A DNA stretch of 19,499 bases. Source: Verrucomicrobiota bacterium. Its GTDB lineage: Bacteria > Verrucomicrobiota > Verrucomicrobiia > Verrucomicrobiales > DEV007. Both the position numbers and the translations under genes were made by a program. How positions within the stretch are numbered: the first letter of the stretch is position 1; each line of letters starts with the position of its first letter. The DNA is taken from positions 1-19,499 of the forward strand of contig JASFYY010000157.1 in assembly GCA_045046875.1 (NCBI GenBank), given 5' to 3'. Below, one piece after another: positions 16,401-19,499 of this stretch. The notes under the pieces were generated by a model. That model saw only the letters and a list, made by a program, of their open reading frames with translations, was not told where the DNA came from and did not search any database.

Positions 16401-16789
16401 CTAAAATTCTGCGTTCGATCGGTAACAATCGGGAGAAAAATTTAAAGGATCAAAAAGCGGCGCTTAAAGCTTATCAACAGCTGATGGATGAAAACAGTTC
16501 GGGCAGTGGTTACTCGGAGTATCTTGGAGGCGTTCAGGCCGCTGCACGGATATTGAGAGATCAGAAAAAATACGATGAGTCTCTCATTGCATTGCGTCAT
16601 GTAGATGAGAGCAAGTTGCGCGGGAGTTGGAAAGCTTCGATGTTATATGCGACTGGCGAAACGCTGGCAGCAGCTGGGCGTAAGGATGAAGCCTTGAAAG
16701 CTTTCCGTGCCGTTATTGCAGATAAGGCAGCCAACAAGCCTCATCACAAAAAAGCGCAAGAAGCTATCAAATCGTTGCAAGGGAAGTGA
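13484..16789 (+). CDS. Large secreted DUF4838-like protein with CBM9/DOMON-like sugar-binding domain and C-terminal TPR-like repeats (putative glycoside hydrolase)
   Basis: Signal peptide. GH20/GH67-type N-domain pattern (AAKDLQDYIEKISGAKL; GS.NAV.GFL.ELGVRWYMPG). DUF4838-like core (HPKWFAL, CYSSDE, PTDG...CQCELC, AYG.Y..P). CBM9-like IVLDGKLDE.IW, D.IEI.L, YYQIAINPAG, W.VE.RIP and W.FNVCRQR. Ala/Leu-rich helical repeats at the C-terminus. Confidence 0.78.
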   Translation: MKSLLIFIFASTISMFQGLAGDVFIVKDGKTNAQIVIAEKTQRTTRLAAKDLQDYIEKISGAKLEVVTEPSDAVEVKIYVGRSSHTDKLNITADGLKYGAYRIVSGDKWLVLIGDDSNFVPREPWPRNNKDVHGRVTEEWQKMTGEKWGHPLSQVWKRYSGNNGRFGTAEEDLVDKNGNVNVWSYDERGSFNAVSGFLRELGVRWYMPGEIGEVLPQMKTIELDKIDETVIPDFDIRNVHHRFGIHDTAMWAMHLGFRADYDLTHIAHGLALMTNHNEDILKAHPKWFALYGGKRQNKPEMRYNHFCYSSDELVQEAARFARAQFDHLGLDMVSIMPTDGYTSMCQCELCVGRDTPERGYRGRLSDNVWEFVNRVAKEVKKTHPDKMISCCAYGSYTLVPEKIDKLESNIQVIIVGGRRPTSNQPEQQQEQLKIRQDWVKKTDNPLLIYENYPFTDRGWYLPSYVPHAIGSGINATKGISKGEDVWLSIKFDTQSLGYNHFPVYFTQRMYWGGKEKDVDAMFNEYCILFYGPAGKEMKSFFEYCENNWQKMEKDKAIADEALDLFEIAKKSAAADSIYARRMALVDEYLAKLRDKSRQLGEKRGPVPQMRLITEAKSGDIVLDGKLDEEIWNKNPYTGRLRELQTSQLPIFGTTFKAAWGADGSIYFAIRCDERSGEPLNVGTTKNGDSAIWYGDVIEILLETDSHSYYQIAINPAGAVVDLDRSAPGNARFAWHSRAEVATQVEDGSWTVEVRIPVVQDENDPLNQVIGSKPLSTLPWHFNVCRQRLRGQDKEFSAFSPTGASGFHKPLKFAHLFKGLSHQFPFSALQGDYLVDNKAAIDLMKKRKFEQALQAFVAIAGREVSDLQKSAALKQAAGCARKLKDYRRAEELAEQIPLQVIAKTAQMENGLAQRKSKELVEQFGKEDMEAWPFWQIGEGAYLRGQAYAVVGDGTRAEMDYKAALEFTTERQVRTKILRSIGNNREKNLKDQKAALKAYQQLMDENSSGSGYSEYLGGVQAAARILRDQKKYDESLIALRHVDESKLRGSWKASMLYATGETLAAAGRKDEALKAFRAVIADKAANKPHHKKAQEAIKSLQGK

Positions 16790-16829
16790 TAGACGTAAGT
16801 TAATAAGGAGGAAGAAGATTTAAGATGAA

Positions 16830-18347
16830 ATGGTTAAGATGTTAAAAAAAATTGCAGCCCTATTGCCGTTAGCAACTGTTCTTTTGGTTTCTCAAGTTCT
16901 CGCTAAGAAGGAATCCGATTATAAAATAAATCGGGATAAAATTGTCTCGAGTATTGAAGGCAGGGTGGAGGTCATGGCTGATACTCTCACTAAACAGTTC
17001 GGTGAACCGCTGACCCAAGCCAATGTTTTGCACTATGCTGACCGAGTTCGATCCGCGTCGTGGATTGAGCTATGGCCTGACGAAAATGGAGATCCGCTGA
17101 AACGTGAAGTGAAGGGGCAAATTTGGAATGCCCCCATTCAGGCGGCTCTGGACAAGTGCGGAGAAGTGTATCTACCTAAGAAGAGTGAGCCCTATTACCT
17201 TGATCATCCGATTGTATTAAAATCTGGGCAACGATTAAGAGCTGCTCCTGATGCGGAGATACGTCTCAAGCCGGGAAGTAATACTTGCATGGTGCGTAAC
17301 GAGAATATTAGAGGATTTCGCGAAGGGCCGGTTCCAAAGGATCTTGTGCCGGATAGTGATATCCTTGTTGAGGGTGGTATCTGGACGACGCTTTATTTTG
17401 GATCGGGCATGGTCAATGGCAATCAGCGAGGGCATTCTGGAAGTAAAAATTGGGTGGTAGGCAGTCATGGGGTTATTCTGTTGCAAAATATCCGTGGGGT
17501 GGTGGTGCGGAATTTAACCATCAAGCAATCTCGCTCATACGGGATTCATATAGGCACGGGTAGCGATTTTCTGGTTGAGAATATTACATTTGAGCATCAT
17601 GGGCGTGACGGAGTACATGTAGCGGGAGCATCGAGTTTTGTTATTATTCGTAATATTTCCGGAACTCTGCACGATGACCCCGTGGCTCTGAACGCCTGGG
17701 AATGGAGCAATGGGGCAATGGTTTGGGGACCGATTCATCATGTGTTGGTTGAGAAAATCCAGGGGGCAGCTATGTCTGCGGGATCCACAGATTCGATTCG
17801 CTTGTTACCCGGAGTGAAACGCTTTCCAGATGGCAGCACTCTCGATTGCGATGTGCATGACGTTGTCATCAGGGATATTGTGGATATTCGTGATTTTAAA
17901 CTCTATAATCAACCAAATCTGGAGGCAAAGGTTGGTGCGGATTATAGTGTAGGAGTCGGAAATTTGCGTAATATCCATTTTGGAAACCTGACTTTTAATC
18001 GTCCGGGAAGTATTCAGATTCATGCTGATAGTAAAGTTATTTCTATTCGAGGAGTGCAACTCAATTTCCCTAAAAGTGCGGATTTTCGTTTGCTTGTAAT
18101 CGGTCCGCAATCCGCAACTTATAAAGGGGGCTCTGAGAATCCCGAACACTGGAGGGAAATATTTTCACCAGATGTGGACTGTAAGGTTAGTGATCTGCAT
18201 ATTAGTGGTGTTCGCTGGGGGCAATCCGAAGTAAGTGTGCCTGCCAGTCAACTTGTCCGGGTCGTTGAGCAGAAAATAAATGCAGACTATCCAAAAACCA
18301 CACCTCGCGGAGGTCATGGCAAAGGGGTGTGGATTCGAAATCCTTGA
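16830..18347 (+). CDS. Secreted right-handed parallel beta-helix protein (pectin lyase-like fold, GH28-like Asp motifs)
   Basis: Signal peptide. IQAALD..G.VYLP....Y....IVLKSG..L is the typical beta-helix cap. Repeated V.V.N.TI rungs. RDGVH...HDD resembles the NTDG/GDD motifs of GH28. Start could be 16830 or 16839. Confidence 0.75.
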   Translation: MVKMLKKIAALLPLATVLLVSQVLAKKESDYKINRDKIVSSIEGRVEVMADTLTKQFGEPLTQANVLHYADRVRSASWIELWPDENGDPLKREVKGQIWNAPIQAALDKCGEVYLPKKSEPYYLDHPIVLKSGQRLRAAPDAEIRLKPGSNTCMVRNENIRGFREGPVPKDLVPDSDILVEGGIWTTLYFGSGMVNGNQRGHSGSKNWVVGSHGVILLQNIRGVVVRNLTIKQSRSYGIHIGTGSDFLVENITFEHHGRDGVHVAGASSFVIIRNISGTLHDDPVALNAWEWSNGAMVWGPIHHVLVEKIQGAAMSAGSTDSIRLLPGVKRFPDGSTLDCDVHDVVIRDIVDIRDFKLYNQPNLEAKVGADYSVGVGNLRNIHFGNLTFNRPGSIQIHADSKVISIRGVQLNFPKSADFRLLVIGPQSATYKGGSENPEHWREIFSPDVDCKVSDLHISGVRWGQSEVSVPASQLVRVVEQKINADYPKTTPRGGHGKGVWIRNP

Positions 18348-18438
18348 AATGAATAGCAACCCTTTTGGTAACCGGTATTGCGCTTATCAAGCCGGTGGCA
18401 AAACCCATCTATGGGAGCAAGGATCGCTTGATTGGAAA

Positions 18439-19499
18439 ATGAAAAATTTCAAAAAAACAGCGAGCTTCTTTTATACTCTTGCCCTTTTGCTTTTGATCAT
18501 CGCTCAGGTTACGCCAATCTGGGCATCACCGCTGGTGACTCCGAGTGAGTTGACGTTTCTTCGCGGGGTGGCGAAGCAGACGCTGAAGTCTTGCGTGGTC
18601 GAGTCGGGAGCTTTTTCCAGTGACAAGAAGAATACATTGGGGTTTCGAGCGATCACACCAGGTGGGTATCCGGCGATTTGGGTTCAGGATTTCGCCATCA
18701 TCTATTCCAGTGGTCTGATTCCTCGTGAGGACGGGGTTCGCCATTTGCAGTTGATTTTAGAAAAACAAAATGGAGCTGTGGCGAAGGATCTCGGCAACCA
18801 AGTTATGGTTCCGCCTTATGCCATAGCGGACCACATCAACGTGGACGGCAATGCGGTTTTCTTTCCTGGCACCTATGATCCGACTGATAACAAGAACGGT
18901 GATTTTGGATATCGTCCGCCTTCCAATAATCAATTCGATGTTATTTGGTTGGCGCAGATGCTCACTGAATCGAGCAGTGCAAAAGAGTTCCTGAATCAGA
19001 AAATCATGGGTTTTTCGATTTACGAACGGCTAAAGCTAGCCTTCGATGTACCGGAAATTGACTCGCATACGCAGCTTGTGCACACAACGAAAGAACGCCG
19101 AGCAGTCGGTTTTATTTTTTATGATACAGTTTACATGACGGGGGATTTGTTGATGGCGTCACTGATCCGATACCGTGCCGCGAAGCAGCTTGCTTCGCTA
19201 GCGGAACAAATAGGTGAATACCAGGATGCTCGTCATTTTTCAGAAATTGTCGAAAAAATCAGCAATAACATTGTTCGGGTTTTTGGCGATCATGACGGGA
19301 CTCGAGGCGGTTGGTTGAGAGCCTCCACCGGAGTTTCCAGCCAGCCGGATGTGTGGGGAAGTATCTACGCTGTTTACATCGGGGCTGTTGTTGGAAAAAA
19401 TCGTATCCATCTGTTGAAAACCATCAACGCGGCTTTGGCGATGAAAGGTGAAATCGAGTTTGAGGGAGCTATTCGTCACGTTCCACTTTCTTTTGATGC
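18439..19499 (+). CDS. Secreted six-hairpin (alpha/alpha)6 glycosidase-like protein, 3'-truncated (absent from the ORF track)
   Basis: My translation is open to the window end: MKNFKKTASFFYTLALLLLIIAQVTPIWA-SPLVTPSELTFLRGVAKQTL...ITPGGYPAIWVQDFAI...IADHINVDGNAVFFPGTY...RPPSNNQF...GFIFYDTVYMTGDLLMASLIRYRAAKQLASLA...WLRASTG.S.QPDVWGS... YPxxWxxD is characteristic of (alpha/alpha)6 glycosidases. An upstream in-frame ATG exists at 18349. Confidence 0.75.
   Translation, partial: MKNFKKTASFFYTLALLLLIIAQVTPIWASPLVTPSELTFLRGVAKQTLKSCVVESGAFSSDKKNTLGFRAITPGGYPAIWVQDFAIIYSSGLIPREDGVRHLQLILEKQNGAVAKDLGNQVMVPPYAIADHINVDGNAVFFPGTYDPTDNKNGDFGYRPPSNNQFDVIWLAQMLTESSSAKEFLNQKIMGFSIYERLKLAFDVPEIDSHTQLVHTTKERRAVGFIFYDTVYMTGDLLMASLIRYRAAKQLASLAEQIGEYQDARHFSEIVEKISNNIVRVFGDHDGTRGGWLRASTGVSSQPDVWGSIYAVYIGAVVGKNRIHLLKTINAALAMKGEIEFEGAIRHVPLSFD

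Noticed and set aside
16825..16845. Tiny ORF MKWLRC* behind AAGGAGG, and the A8 tract at 16844-16851, as a regulatory uORF or phase switch
   Set aside because: The main ORF is intact from ATG 16830/16839 with a normal signal peptide. Lys-codon A-runs are common at such N-termini.
18366..18406. Imperfect inverted repeat (TTTTGGTAACCGG...CCGGTGGCAAAA) between the last two genes
   Set aside because: The stem is interrupted, the loop is long and there is no U-tract, which is insufficient to call a terminator or element.
18526..19479. Short minus-strand ORFs listed at the window end
   Set aside because: They are antisense to the long plus-strand ORF starting at 18439, which has a signal peptide and family motifs.

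Overview
Gene-dense window of about 50% GC (by eye) that looks like a PVC-superphylum bacterium, most likely Verrucomicrobia. This is inferred from the DUF1553/DUF1501 pair, Tat-exported oxidoreductases, a DUF4838-type protein and starts that mostly lack Shine-Dalgarno sites. Genes in order: a 5'-truncated PSD1/DUF1553 protein and its DUF1501 partner; an LprI/DUF1311-domain secreted protein; two Gfo/Idh/MocA oxidoreductases; a minus-strand operon of GMC flavoprotein, Tat small subunit and a membrane protein (glycoside 3-dehydrogenase-like); and a plus-strand run of secreted enzymes. That run comprises a two-domain alpha/beta-hydrolase esterase, an atypical S8 protease, a DUF4838/CBM9-like/TPR protein, a GH28-like beta-helix protein, and a 3'-truncated six-hairpin glycosidase-like ORF that the ORF track missed. 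The most striking non-coding feature is a three-layer stack of small mobile elements at 4369-4829, lying between two divergent, apparently leaderless promoters. A 156-bp palindromic MITE (TTA duplication) has a 288-bp MITE (21-bp TIRs, perfect 9-bp duplication) inserted across its left end, and the larger MITE carries an inverted pair of triple-hairpin REP-like units. The window also has two GTAG-type REPs and a C9 tract right after the likely ATG of the S8 gene that puts that ATG out of frame. Family names come from motif recognition, not from database searches.
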